This document shows, piece after piece, positions 1 to 9,343 of a stretch of DNA of 32,000 nt (positions within the stretch are counted from its first letter, which is position 1; every line of letters starts with the position of its first letter). This stretch comes from Rhodobacter capsulatus SB 1003 (GTDB taxonomy: Bacteria; Pseudomonadota; Alphaproteobacteria; Rhodobacterales; Rhodobacteraceae): positions 1,590,001 to 1,622,000 of the forward strand of contig NC_014034.1 in NCBI RefSeq assembly GCF_000021865.1, written 5' to 3'. A program made the position numbers and the translations under genes. The notes under the pieces were generated by a model. It was not told the DNA's origin, did not search any database, and saw only the letters and a list, made by a program, of their open reading frames with translations.

Positions 1-777
1 CGCTATGCGGGGGCGCTGCTGGACCGGCGCGCGGGCACGATCCAGCCGCTGGCCTATGTGCGCGGGCTGGCACGGGCGGCGCTGGCGGCGGGGGCGCGGA
101 TCTGCACCGAAAGCCCGGCGGCAAGCGCCAGGCCGCAGGGCGCGGGCTGGTGCGTCACCACGCCCGAGGGCCGGGTGCAGGCGGCGGCGCTGATCGTCGC
201 CACCGACGCCTATACCGGCGCGCTGTTTTCCGGGCTGCGCCGCGAGCAGGTGGGCTTGCCCTATTTCAACATGGCGACGCCGCCCTTGCCCGCGGCGATC
301 TGCGCCGGGCTGCTGCCGGGGGGCGAGGGGTGCTGGGACACGCGCGCGGTGCTCTCGTCCTTTCGCAGGGATGCGGCGGGGCGGCTGGTTTTCGGCTCGG
401 TCGGGCGGCTGGGCCGGGCCGAGGCCGCCATCCACCGCGCCTGGGCGCTGCGCGCAATGCACCGGATCTTTCCGCAACTCCGCGGCATCGGCTTTGAACG
501 CGAATGGTCCGGCCGGATCGGCATGACCGCCGACGCCCTGCCGCGCCTGCATGTGCTGGGGAAAAACGCTGTCGCCATGGCGGGTTACAACGGCCGCGGC
601 ATCGCCCCCGGCACCGTCTTCGGCAAGGCTTTGGCCGAGCATGTCCTGGGTCTTCGCCCGCTCGAGGCCATGCCCCTGCCGGTCAGCCCGATCACCCCGG
701 CGTCCTTGCGCCTGGCGCAAGAGGCCGGATACAGCCTTGGCGCGGCGGCGGCGCATCTGCTGGCCTGCCGGATCTGA
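1..777 (+). CDS. FAD-dependent oxidoreductase, DAO family (C-terminal part; 5' end lies outside the window)
   Basis: Frame 1 is open from the window edge to TGA at 775-777. The translation (RYAGALLDRRAGTIQPLAYVRGLARAA...AMAGYNGRGIAPGTVFGKALAEHV) resembles the substrate and C-terminal FAD-contact regions of glycine/D-amino-acid-oxidase-type flavoenzymes (PuuB/OrdL/pipecolate-oxidase-like). GC3 is high. The next gene starts 4 nt downstream. Confidence 0.75.
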   Translation, partial: RYAGALLDRRAGTIQPLAYVRGLARAALAAGARICTESPAASARPQGAGWCVTTPEGRVQAAALIVATDAYTGALFSGLRREQVGLPYFNMATPPLPAAICAGLLPGGEGCWDTRAVLSSFRRDAAGRLVFGSVGRLGRAEAAIHRAWALRAMHRIFPQLRGIGFEREWSGRIGMTADALPRLHVLGKNAVAMAGYNGRGIAPGTVFGKALAEHVLGLRPLEAMPLPVSPITPASLRLAQEAGYSLGAAAAHLLACRI

Positions 778-780
778 GGA

Positions 781-2220
781 ATGACGATGCCCACGACGCC
801 CCCCCGTTTCCGCCTGTCGACAAGCCCCGAAATCGCGCTTTCTGCCGCCGGAGGGCTGTCGCTTCTGCTGCTTGCCAGCCTTGTTCTGGGCAAGATCGGC
901 GCGGCCTGGCTGCCGGGGGCAGGGGCGCTGCTGACCCTTTCGGCCGCGACCGCCATCGTTCTGGCGCTGTTGCGGCTGCCGCGGGTCTCGCGCATCGCGC
1001 AGGTGTTTCTGGCGGGCGCCTTTCTGGCCACGCTGATCGTGGCGCTGGCCCTGCCCAAGGCCCTGCCCGCGATGCAGGCGGCGCTTTTGCAGGGCACCGC
1101 CTTTTCCGCCTTTCTGACCGCGCTTGGCCTGATCCGCGCCCCGGTGCGTCGCTCAAGCCTGATCGCCCGCGCCGCCGAGGGGCTTTTCGCCCATTCCGCC
1201 CGGGCGCGCGTCTTTGCCGTCTCGCTGGGCGCGCAGGGGATTTCGGTTCTCTTCAACATCGGCACGATCGGGATGATTTCCGACATCGCGCGCAACCATG
1301 ATGCGGCGCGCAAGGCGGCGGGCAAGCGCGGCATCGACAGCCGCGCGATGACTTTGGCGGCGCTGCGCGGCACGCTTCTGATGACGGTCTGGTCGCCGAT
1401 CGGGCTTGGTTTCGCCATCGTCACCAGCGCCATCCCGACGCTCGATCCGGTGCGCTTCTTCGCGCTGGCCTTCGGCATCGTCGCCGTCCTGTCGCTTGCC
1501 GCCGCGGGCCTTGATGCCGCCGCCACCCCGGTTCCGCCGGGACCGCGCCCGCAGGACCCCGCGCCCGAGGGGGCGGGCCGTGCGCTGGCGCTTGTTCTGG
1601 CCGCCATCGCCGGGCTGATCGCGCTGACCCTCGCGGCGCATCGGTTGCTGGACGTCAGCTTCCTGATTGCCGCCTGCCTGGTGCTGCCGCTGCTGGCCGC
1701 GCTTTGGCCGCGGCTGGAGCCCGGCCTGCGCAGCCCCGGCCCCGAGGGCGCGCTGACCCGGCTTTCGGCCGCCTCCGAGGGGATGGCGACGGAAAGCACG
1801 ATATTTCTGGCGGCGGCAGTGATCGGCGCGGCGGTGGCGGCAGCGGCGCAGGCGGCGGGGATCGACGCGCTGATCGCGGGCGGGCAGCTTCCGGCGCTGG
1901 GCGTGATCCTGGCCTGCCTTGTCCTGATCCCGGCCGTGGGCGCGGTGATGATCCCGCACACCATCGTGATGATCATGGCGGCCAGCCTTTTCGGTGCCGG
2001 GCCGGTCGGCACCGATCACCCCTATGCGCTGGGTCTTGCGCTGCTTTTCGCCTGGGCGCTGGCGATTGCCGCCTCGCCGATCTCGGCGATGTCGATCATC
2101 ACCGGGCGCGAACTCGGCGTCACGCCGCAGCGTGTCACCTTCGCGCTCAACCTGCGCTTCACCCTGGGACTGATGGCCGCCGCGGCGCTGGTCGTCGGCC
2201 TTGTCTATGCCCTTGACTGA
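781..2220 (+). CDS. Polytopic inner-membrane protein of unknown family (putative permease)
   Basis: 479-aa ORF made almost entirely of hydrophobic helices. It has two halves joined by a Pro-rich linker (ATPVPPGPRPQDPAPEGAG). Coding-type GC3 bias. GAGGA at 776-780 fits the second ATG at 787 better than 781, so the start may be 787. It sits between two catabolic enzymes with very small gaps. Confidence 0.7.
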   Translation: MTMPTTPPRFRLSTSPEIALSAAGGLSLLLLASLVLGKIGAAWLPGAGALLTLSAATAIVLALLRLPRVSRIAQVFLAGAFLATLIVALALPKALPAMQAALLQGTAFSAFLTALGLIRAPVRRSSLIARAAEGLFAHSARARVFAVSLGAQGISVLFNIGTIGMISDIARNHDAARKAAGKRGIDSRAMTLAALRGTLLMTVWSPIGLGFAIVTSAIPTLDPVRFFALAFGIVAVLSLAAAGLDAAATPVPPGPRPQDPAPEGAGRALALVLAAIAGLIALTLAAHRLLDVSFLIAACLVLPLLAALWPRLEPGLRSPGPEGALTRLSAASEGMATESTIFLAAAVIGAAVAAAAQAAGIDALIAGGQLPALGVILACLVLIPAVGAVMIPHTIVMIMAASLFGAGPVGTDHPYALGLALLFAWALAIAASPISAMSIITGRELGVTPQRVTFALNLRFTLGLMAAAALVVGLVYALD

Positions 2221-2236
2221 CCTGAAAGGACGCCCG

Positions 2237-3748
2237 ATGACCCTGCGCGACGAGACCCGGACCCTGCTTTCCCGCCTTGGCGTCGCCGCCGCCGCGTATC
2301 AGGGCGGAGCGATGGCCAGCTTCTCGCCGGTGACGGGCGAGCAGATCGGCGCGCTGACCCCCGAGACGCCCGGCACCGTCGCCGCCGCCATCGACCGCGC
2401 CGCCGCCGCCTTTCGCAGCTGGCGGCTGGTGCCCGCGCCGAAACGCGGCGAGCTGGTCCGGCTCTGGGCCGAGGAGCTGCGCGCCGCCAAGGCCGATCTG
2501 GGCCGTCTGGTCTCGATCGAGGCGGGCAAGACCCTTTCCGAAGGGCTGGGCGAGGTGCAGGAGATGATCGACATCTGCGATTTCGCGGTGGGGCTTTCGC
2601 GCCAGCTTTACGGGCTGACCATCGCGACCGAGCGGCCGGGGCATCGGATGATGGAAAGCTGGCATCCGCTGGGCGTCGTCGGCGTGATTTCGGCCTTCAA
2701 CTTCCCGGTTGCGGTCTGGGCCTGGAACACCGCGCTGGCGCTGGTCTGCGGCGATCCGGTGATCTGGAAACCGTCCGAAAAGACGCCGCTGACCGCGCTG
2801 GCCGCGCAGGCGGTGCTGACCCATGCGATCACCCGTTTCGGCGCCGCGCCCGAGGGGCTGGCGCAGCTCTTGATCGGCGGGCCGGAGATCGGCGCCGCGC
2901 TGGTCGAAAGCCCGAAAGTGGCGCTGATTTCCGCCACCGGCTCGACCCGGATGGGGAGGATCGTCGGCCCGAAGGTGGCGGCGCGGTTCGGCCGCTCGAT
3001 CCTGGAACTGGGGGGCAACAATGCGGGCATCGTCTGTGCCTCGGCCGATCTCGACATGACCCTGCGCGCGGTGGCCTTTGGCGCCATGGGCACGGCCGGG
3101 CAGCGCTGCACCACGCTGCGGCGCCTTTTCGTGCAGGACAGCATCTACGAGGCGCTGGTGTCGCGGCTGATGCGGGCCTATGCCTCGGTTTCGGTCGGCA
3201 ACCCCCTGGAAACGCAGGCGCTTGTCGGCCCGCTTATTGACCGCGCCGCCTTTGACGCGATGCAGGCGGCGCTGGATGCTGCCCGCGCCGCCGGGGGCGT
3301 CGTGCATGGCGGCACCCGGGTTGCCTGTGGCCCCGACACGGCCTTTTACGTCCGCCCGGCCTTGGTCGAGATGCAGGCGCAGATCGGCCCGGTGCTGGAG
3401 GAAACCTTCGCGCCGATCCTTTATGTGATGCGCTTCTCGACCCTCGAGGCGGTGATCGAGGAGCACAACGCCGTCGCGGCGGGGCTGTCCTCGTCGATCT
3501 TCACGCTGGATCTGCGCGAAATGGAGCTGTTCCTTTCGGCGGCCGGGTCGGATTGCGGCATTGCGAATGTCAACATCGGCACCTCCGGCGCCGAGATCGG
3601 CGGCGCCTTTGGCGGCGAAAAGGAGACCGGCGGCGGGCGCGAAAGCGGCTCGGACGCCTGGAAGGGCTACATGCGCCGCGCCACCAACACCATCAACTAT
3701 TCCCGCGCGCTGCCCCTGGCGCAGGGCGTGGTTTTCGACATCGCATGA
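2237..3748 (+). CDS. amaB: ALDH7-family aldehyde dehydrogenase (L-piperideine-6-carboxylate / 2-aminoadipate-semialdehyde dehydrogenase-like)
   Basis: The translation carries the antiquitin-type signature GLGEVQEMIDICDFAVGLSRQLYG, plus FNFPVAVWAWN, the EL/GGNN block (ILELGGNNAG) and the catalytic Cys context (GTAGQRCTTLRRL). I chose the ATG at 2237 (RBS AAAGGA at 2225-2230) rather than the track start 2201, which would overlap the upstream gene. Confidence 0.85.
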   Translation: MTLRDETRTLLSRLGVAAAAYQGGAMASFSPVTGEQIGALTPETPGTVAAAIDRAAAAFRSWRLVPAPKRGELVRLWAEELRAAKADLGRLVSIEAGKTLSEGLGEVQEMIDICDFAVGLSRQLYGLTIATERPGHRMMESWHPLGVVGVISAFNFPVAVWAWNTALALVCGDPVIWKPSEKTPLTALAAQAVLTHAITRFGAAPEGLAQLLIGGPEIGAALVESPKVALISATGSTRMGRIVGPKVAARFGRSILELGGNNAGIVCASADLDMTLRAVAFGAMGTAGQRCTTLRRLFVQDSIYEALVSRLMRAYASVSVGNPLETQALVGPLIDRAAFDAMQAALDAARAAGGVVHGGTRVACGPDTAFYVRPALVEMQAQIGPVLEETFAPILYVMRFSTLEAVIEEHNAVAAGLSSSIFTLDLREMELFLSAAGSDCGIANVNIGTSGAEIGGAFGGEKETGGGRESGSDAWKGYMRRATNTINYSRALPLAQGVVFDIA

Positions 3749-3755
3749 GGATCGG

Positions 3756-4991
3756 ATGACCCTGCAAGACCAGACCGCCGCCGCCTTCCGCCCGGCTGAC
3801 CGCATCGCCAGGCTTGGCGTCTCCGAAATCCTGCAGATCGGCGCCAAGGCCGCGGCGATGCAGCGCGCCGGGCGGCCGGTGATCATCCTGGGCGCGGGCG
3901 AGCCCGATTTCGACACGCCCTCGCATGTCAAACAGGCCGCCGCCGAAGCGATGGCGCGGGGCGAGACGAAATACACCGCGCTGGACGGCACCCCGGCGCT
4001 GAAAGCGGCGATTGTCGAAAAGTTCAGGCGCGAGAATGGTTTGGACTACACAGTTGCGGAAATCACCGTGGCCGCCGGGGCCAAGCAGGTGCTTTACAAT
4101 GCGATGATGGCGACGCTCGATCCGGGCGACGAGGTGATCATCCCGACCCCGTGCTGGACATCGTATTTCGACATCGTGCGCATCGCGGGCGGCGTGCCGG
4201 TCGCCGTGCCCTGCGACGGCGCGCAGGGCTTCAAGCTGTCGCCTGACGCGCTCTCTGCCGCGATCACGCCGAAGACGCGCTGGGTCATGCTCAATTCGCC
4301 CTCGAACCCGACCGGCGCGGCCTATGCAGAGGCCGATTACCGCCCGCTGCTCGACGTGCTTCTGGCCCATCCGCAGGTCTGGCTGCTGGTGGACGACATG
4401 TATGAGCACATCTGTTACGAGGGGTTTCGTTTCACCACCCCCGCCGCGCTGGAGCCGCGGCTGAAGGGGCGGATCCTGACGGTGAACGGCGTCTCGAAAG
4501 CCTATGCGATGACCGGCTGGCGGATCGGCTATGCCGGGGGCCCCGAGGCGCTGATCAAGGCGATGGCGGTGGTGCAAAGCCAGTCAACCTCTTGCCCCTC
4601 CTCGATTTCGCAGGCCGCAGCGCTGGCGGCGCTGAACGGGCCGCAGGATCTGCTGGCGGCCCGCGCCGCCGATTTCCAGCGCCGCCGCGATCTGGTGGTG
4701 GCGGGGCTGAACGCCATTCCCGGCATCACCTGCCGGGTGCCGGAAGGGGCCTTCTACACCTTTGCCGATTGTTCCGGCCTCATTGGCGCGACCACGCCCG
4801 AGGGGGGCACGATCACCACCGACCGCGAGTTCTGCGCCTGGCTGCTCGAAACCGCCGAGGTGGCGATGGTGCCCGGCGCGGCCTTTGGCCTCTCGCCCTA
4901 TTTCCGCATCTCTTACGCGACCTCCGAGGCCGAGCTGCGCGAAGCCCTGGCGCGGATCAGCGCCGCCTGTGCCCGGCTGCGCCCCGCCTAA
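3756..4991 (+). CDS. Class-I PLP-dependent aminotransferase (aspartate / aminoadipate-type)
   Basis: [33 protein letters not shown]...GEPDFDTP...[11 protein letters not shown]...[13 protein letters not shown] (PLP-lysine context SKAY). The ATG at 3756 is preceded by GAGGA at 3747-3751. The 65 codons upstream in the track ORF overlap the ALDH gene and are Arg/Pro/Ala junk. Confidence 0.85.
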   Translation: MTLQDQTAAAFRPADRIARLGVSEILQIGAKAAAMQRAGRPVIILGAGEPDFDTPSHVKQAAAEAMARGETKYTALDGTPALKAAIVEKFRRENGLDYTVAEITVAAGAKQVLYNAMMATLDPGDEVIIPTPCWTSYFDIVRIAGGVPVAVPCDGAQGFKLSPDALSAAITPKTRWVMLNSPSNPTGAAYAEADYRPLLDVLLAHPQVWLLVDDMYEHICYEGFRFTTPAALEPRLKGRILTVNGVSKAYAMTGWRIGYAGGPEALIKAMAVVQSQSTSCPSSISQAAALAALNGPQDLLAARAADFQRRRDLVVAGLNAIPGITCRVPEGAFYTFADCSGLIGATTPEGGTITTDREFCAWLLETAEVAMVPGAAFGLSPYFRISYATSEAELREALARISAACARLRPA

Positions 4992-5431
4992 GCCTTTGAC
5001 AGCAGCGAACAGGCCCGGCGCAGGCAGAGCTCGTAGCCCTCGGTGCCAAAGCCCGCCATCACGCCATCGGCCCGGCCCGAGACATAGCTGTGATGGCGGA
5101 AGGGCTCGCGCTTGTGCACGTTCGAGATGTGGCATTCGAACACCAGCCCGTCATAGGCGTTCAGCGCGTCAAGGATCGCGACCGAAGTATGGGTGAAGGC
5201 GCCCGGGTTGATGATGATCGCGGCGGCTTCCTCGCGGGCGCGATGGATCGTGTCGATGATCACGCCCTCATGGTTCGACTGAAAGAACGCCACCGTGACC
5301 CCAAGGCTTTCGGCCAGCGCCCGGCAACGGGCCTCGACATCGGCCAGCGTCTCGGCGCCGTAGATGTCCGGCTGGCGCTTGCCCAGAAGGTTCAGGTTCG
5401 GGCCGTTCAGGATGAAGATGGTGTGCGACAC
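4988..5431 (-). CDS. aroQ: Type II 3-dehydroquinate dehydratase
   Basis: 147 aa. [19 protein letters not shown] ... [11 protein letters not shown] ... [18 protein letters not shown] ... [18 protein letters not shown] are classic AroQ motifs. GTG start at 5429-5431 with AGGAG 7 nt upstream. Confidence 0.93.
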   Translation of the reverse strand: MSHTIFILNGPNLNLLGKRQPDIYGAETLADVEARCRALAESLGVTVAFFQSNHEGVIIDTIHRAREEAAAIIINPGAFTHTSVAILDALNAYDGLVFECHISNVHKREPFRHHSYVSGRADGVMAGFGTEGYELCLRRACSLLSKA

Positions 5432-5502
5432 GGGCGGTCTCCTGCGATTTGCGCCAAACTAGCCCGCGGCGGGGGCAAGGGCCACCGAAAACCGGCCCGG
5501 CG

Positions 5503-6528
5503 TCAGTTCGGGGCAGGGCGGCTGGGCGCCTCGCCGGTCCAGCTGCGCCAGGCCCGCCAGAACACCGTGCCATCGGCATAGCCAAGCGCCTGCGCCACCG
5601 CCTCGACCGAAAGGCCGCGTTCGCGCAAGAGCACCTCGGCCCGGCGCTGCCGCTGCCGACGCAAAAGCCCGCTCAGGCTTTGCCCCTCCTCGGCCAGCCG
5701 CCGTTGCAGGCTGCGCGGCGCCATCCGCAACGCCGTCGCGATGGTCGGCAGATCGATCGGCCGCACGCCGAGATAGAGGTCGATCAGCGCCTCGACCTGC
5801 GTCGCAAGGCTTTCGGACCGGCCCGCATCGGCGGTCAGATCCTGCAGATGCCGCTCGATAAGCGCGATCATGTCCGGGTCCTCGGCACGATGCACCCGGT
5901 CGGCCCCGGCGGCGGAAAAGACGATGGCATTGACGGGCTGGGAATGGCGCACCGGCGCGCGAAACAGCGCCTCAAGCCGCGGCTTCTCGGCGATCGGCGG
6001 ATGGGTGAAGCGGATCTCCAGCGGCCGCCAGCGCGGATCAAAGGCGCCGCGGATCAGCCGACAGACGGCGGCCAGACTGAATTCCGTATCCTGCCGCGAG
6101 GCGATCAGCACCGGCGCCGTCAGCCGGTAGGTGAAGACCAGCTGGTCCTCCTCCTCGGTCAGGCTGGATTGGGTGGCGCTTTGCAGCGCCCCCGACCAGC
6201 GCGCAAAGGCGGTCAGCGCGCCGCGGATCGTGCCCGCCTGCACCGCGCGCAGCCCGATGGGCGCCAGATTGCCCGGCCGCATCCCGAAGCCCAAGCGTGC
6301 GCCAAAGAGCGGATCCCCTGCCAACTCCGCCGCAGCCTCGAAAATCGAGAGATAACTTTGCAAGGGAATCGCTTCGTAAGGGTCGGCCAGCACCTCGGGC
6401 GAGAGCTGTTCACGGGAAAGCAGAGTTTTCAACTTGCCCGGATCATCGGCAAAGTATTCCAGAATTGGCCCAAAAATCAGGGCCCTGACAGACAGCATTC
6501 CGGGCAGCGGGGTGCTGATCGTGGACAT
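5503..6528 (-). CDS. AraC-family transcriptional regulator (N-terminal ligand-binding domain plus C-terminal HTH)
   Basis: 341 aa. C-terminal HTH_18-like region (...IATALRMAPRSLQRRLAEEGQSLSGLLRRQRQRRAEVLLRERGLSVEAVAQALGYADGTVFWRAWRSWTGEAP). Divergent from the permease operon. ATG at 6526-6528 with a GAGGA-type RBS. Confidence 0.85.
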   Translation of the reverse strand: MSTISTPLPGMLSVRALIFGPILEYFADDPGKLKTLLSREQLSPEVLADPYEAIPLQSYLSIFEAAAELAGDPLFGARLGFGMRPGNLAPIGLRAVQAGTIRGALTAFARWSGALQSATQSSLTEEEDQLVFTYRLTAPVLIASRQDTEFSLAAVCRLIRGAFDPRWRPLEIRFTHPPIAEKPRLEALFRAPVRHSQPVNAIVFSAAGADRVHRAEDPDMIALIERHLQDLTADAGRSESLATQVEALIDLYLGVRPIDLPTIATALRMAPRSLQRRLAEEGQSLSGLLRRQRQRRAEVLLRERGLSVEAVAQALGYADGTVFWRAWRSWTGEAPSRPAPN

Positions 6529-6558
6529 TTTTCCTCATTTTCCCCCCTTGGGGGTGCA

Positions 6559-6586
6559 TTGGCGCAAACTATCGGATTTTTGGCGC
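6559..6586. promoter_or_regulatory. Candidate operator: direct repeat TTGGCGC at 6559-6565 and 6580-6586 (21-bp phasing) in the AraC/permease divergent spacer
   Basis: Read directly: cattggcgcaaactatcggatttttggcgcgtttt. Two helical turns between repeat starts is typical of AraC-family tandem half-sites. No experimental or comparative support. Confidence 0.25.
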
Positions 6587-6658
6587 GTTTTGCAATGGCC
6601 GCTCTTGTCCCGCCGCCTGCAGACCGGTTCCAAAGAAACCGAAACAGGGATCGGTAAA

Positions 6659-8089
6659 ATGGAAAACCAACCGGGCGCAAACCGCCTGCAGGCCAATTCG
6701 ATCGGGCTTGCGCATATCATCTTCTTTGTCGTCGCGGCCGCCGCGCCGATGACTGCGGTCGTGGGCGCGACGCCGCCCGCCTTTGCTTTCGGCAATGGCG
6801 CGGGGGTGCCGGGCGCCTTCATCCTGGCGGGCATTCTTTACCTGCTCTTTTCGGTCGGCTTCACCGCGATGACCCGCCACATCAGCGGCGCCGGGGCGTT
6901 TTACGCCTATATCACCCGCGGCCTTGGCAGCCCGGCGGGGATCGGCGGCGCGCTGACGGCGCTTCTGGCTTATTTCGCCATCCAGATCTCGGTCTTTGCG
7001 CTTTTCGCCGTCTTCGTCTCGGGTTTTGCCGCCTCGCTCGGCCTTGATCTGCCCTGGTGGGTCTGGGCCTTTGCGGGGCTCGCCATCGTCGTCGCTCTCG
7101 GGCGGCGTCACATCGCGGTTTCGGGGGTGATCCTGGGCCTGTGCATGATTGCCGAGCTGGTGATCCTGCTTGTCCTTGATCTCGCGATCCTCGCCCATGG
7201 CGGCGGCGCGGCCGGGATCTCGGTCTCGGGCTTCCGCCTGTCCGAGGTTTTCGGCCCCGGCCTTGGCGTTACCATGGTTTTCGTTCTCGGCTCCTATGTC
7301 GGCTTCGAAGCCACCGCGATCTTCGGCGAGGAAGCCTCGAACCCCGACCGCACCATCCCCCGCGCGACCTATATCGCCGTGATCCTGATCACCGCCTTCT
7401 ATGCCTTTTCGACCTGGGCGATCGTGCAATATTACGGCCCCGACAAGGCGCAGGCCGCCGCCTCCGCCTCGCTCGAAGGGTTCTATTTCGCCCCGATGGA
7501 GGCGCTTCTGGGCGGCTGGGTGGTGAAACTGGCCAATGTCCTCCTCATCACCAGCCTCTTTGCCTGCCTTCTGTCCTTCCACAACACGCTCAACCGCTAT
7601 TTCTACGCGCTGGGGCACGAGGGGCTGCTGTCCTCGCATGTGACGAAAGTGCATGACGATCACGGCTCGCCGCATGTGGCGGGGCTGGTGCAGGCGGCGC
7701 TGGTGGCGACGATCCTCGGTCTTTTCGCGCTGATCGGCGCCGACCCCTACGGCGTCGTCTTCTCCTGGATGTCGGCGCTTGCGGTGCTCTCCATCGTCGC
7801 GGTGCAGATCATGGTCTCGGTCGCCGTCATCGCCTTTTTCCGCCGTGACAGCTTTGGCCGCTCGCCCCTTGTCACCCTTGTCGCGCCGATCCTTGCCACG
7901 CTGGGCCTGATGACCGCTTTCGGCCTTGTCTGGTCGAACCTCTCGATGCTGACCGGGTCCGAAAGCCCGATCGTGCAGGCCTTCCCGGTGATCGTGGTCT
8001 GCGTCGCGGCCTCGGGTTCGCTTCTTGCGCTGCGGATCAAGCGCAGCCAGCCCGAGCTTTACGCCCGCCTTGGCCGCGCCTTCGACTGA
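6659..8089 (+). CDS. APC-superfamily amino-acid/polyamine permease
   Basis: MENQPGANRLQANSIGLAHIIFFVVAAAAPMTAVVG... About 12 predicted TM helices with an APC-type N-terminal motif. The ATG at 6659 is chosen because the 75 upstream codons of the track ORF run through the divergent promoter and the AraC gene start. Confidence 0.85.
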   Translation: MENQPGANRLQANSIGLAHIIFFVVAAAAPMTAVVGATPPAFAFGNGAGVPGAFILAGILYLLFSVGFTAMTRHISGAGAFYAYITRGLGSPAGIGGALTALLAYFAIQISVFALFAVFVSGFAASLGLDLPWWVWAFAGLAIVVALGRRHIAVSGVILGLCMIAELVILLVLDLAILAHGGGAAGISVSGFRLSEVFGPGLGVTMVFVLGSYVGFEATAIFGEEASNPDRTIPRATYIAVILITAFYAFSTWAIVQYYGPDKAQAAASASLEGFYFAPMEALLGGWVVKLANVLLITSLFACLLSFHNTLNRYFYALGHEGLLSSHVTKVHDDHGSPHVAGLVQAALVATILGLFALIGADPYGVVFSWMSALAVLSIVAVQIMVSVAVIAFFRRDSFGRSPLVTLVAPILATLGLMTAFGLVWSNLSMLTGSESPIVQAFPVIVVCVAASGSLLALRIKRSQPELYARLGRAFD

Positions 8090-8146
8090 GCCTTTCCCGC
8101 CCTGCCACCCGGCGGGGCATCCCTTCCCAAACCAGTGAGAAATCCC

Positions 8147-9286
8147 ATGAACGCCGAAACGCGTATCGACTTTCTGTACCTTTCCGAACCCGACATGATC
8201 AAGGCGGGCGTCACCGACATGGCCGCTTGCGTCGATTGCATGGAGGAGATGTTCGGCCTTCTGCACGCGGGCGATTACCGCATGGCCGGGCCGAACAACG
8301 ACAGCCACGGCGCGATGGTGGTCTTTCCGGCCGAAAGCCCGTTCCCGACGATGCCGAAACCCACCGCGGACCGCCGCTTCATGGCGATGCCCGCTTACTT
8401 GGGCGGCCGCTTCTGCACCACCGGGATGAAGTGGTACGGCTCGAACATTGCGAACCGGCAAAGGGGCCTGCCGCGCTCGATCCTGATGTTCACGCTCAAT
8501 GACACCGAGACCGGGGCGCCGCTCGCGCATATGTCGGCCAACCTCCTGTCCGCCTATCGCACCGGGGCGGTGCCCGGCGTGGGGGCGCGTCATCTTGCCC
8601 GGCCCGACTCGAAGATCGTCGGTATCCTGGGGCCGGGGGTGATGGCGAAGACGACTTTGGCCGCCTTCATGGTCGCCTGCCCGAAAATCGACACGCTGAA
8701 GGTCAAGGGCCGCGGCGAGAAGAGCCTGCAGAACTTCCTGGCCTGGGTGGCGGAAACCTATCCGCAGATCACCAGCGTGACGGTCGTTGACAGCATCGAA
8801 GAGGTCGTGCGCGGCTCGGATTTGTTCTCCTATTGCAACTCGGGCGAGACCGGCGACCCCTCGACTTATCCGATCGTCAAACGCGACTGGGTCAAGCCCG
8901 GCGCCTTCATGGCGATGCCCGCGGTGTGCAACATCGACGAGGGGATGCAGGCCCCCGACGTGCGAAAAGTGCTTGATAATACCGGGCTTTACGAGGCCTG
9001 GTATGAAGAGGTGCCAAAGCCCGCGCATGCCACCATCCCGGTGATCGGCGTCAAGTTCATGGACATGATCGCCGAGGGGAAACTCTCCCATGACGATCTG
9101 GAAGACCTTGGCGCCATCGTCGCGGGCGAGGCGCCGGGCCGCAAGAACGATCAGGAAATCATCATCATGTCGGTGGGCGGCATGCCGGTCGAGGATGTCG
9201 CCTGGGGCACGGTGCTTTACCGCAACGCGCTGGAACGCGGCATCGGCGTGAAGCTGAACCTTTGGGACGAACCCGTCCTGCGCTGA
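8147..9286 (+). CDS. Ornithine cyclodeaminase / mu-crystallin family protein (cyclodeaminase or ketimine/imine reductase type)
   Basis: About 379 aa. Contains LSAYRTGAVPGVGARHLARPDSKIVGILGPGVMAKT (Rossmann GxGxxA of the OCD family). The start could instead be GTG at 8135. Confidence 0.8.
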   Translation: MNAETRIDFLYLSEPDMIKAGVTDMAACVDCMEEMFGLLHAGDYRMAGPNNDSHGAMVVFPAESPFPTMPKPTADRRFMAMPAYLGGRFCTTGMKWYGSNIANRQRGLPRSILMFTLNDTETGAPLAHMSANLLSAYRTGAVPGVGARHLARPDSKIVGILGPGVMAKTTLAAFMVACPKIDTLKVKGRGEKSLQNFLAWVAETYPQITSVTVVDSIEEVVRGSDLFSYCNSGETGDPSTYPIVKRDWVKPGAFMAMPAVCNIDEGMQAPDVRKVLDNTGLYEAWYEEVPKPAHATIPVIGVKFMDMIAEGKLSHDDLEDLGAIVAGEAPGRKNDQEIIIMSVGGMPVEDVAWGTVLYRNALERGIGVKLNLWDEPVLR

Positions 9287-9343
9287 CCAACAGGGGGGCG
9301 CCATCCTGCCCGGGATCAGCCCCCCAAACCTTCAGGAAAATCC

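Noticed and set aside
6569-9304. Very long antisense or out-of-frame ORFs:
- 6569-9304 (-), 911 aa
- 13143-15167 (-), 674 aa
- 29933-31879 (-), 648 aa
- 2159-3991 (-), 610 aa
- 9332-11014 (-), 560 aa
- 23261-24838 (-), 525 aa
- 585-2012 (-), 475 aa
- 14737-16143 (-), 468 aa
- 23998-25389 (+), 463 aa
- 16230-17618 (-), 462 aa
- 18293-19642 (-), 449 aa
- 5449-6657 (+), 402 aa
   Set aside because: All lie opposite to, or out of frame with, genes that have unmistakable family motifs. Their translations are Arg/Gly/Pro/Ala-rich low-complexity strings, typical of stop-codon-poor non-coding frames in about 66% GC DNA. None has a convincing RBS or a recognisable domain.
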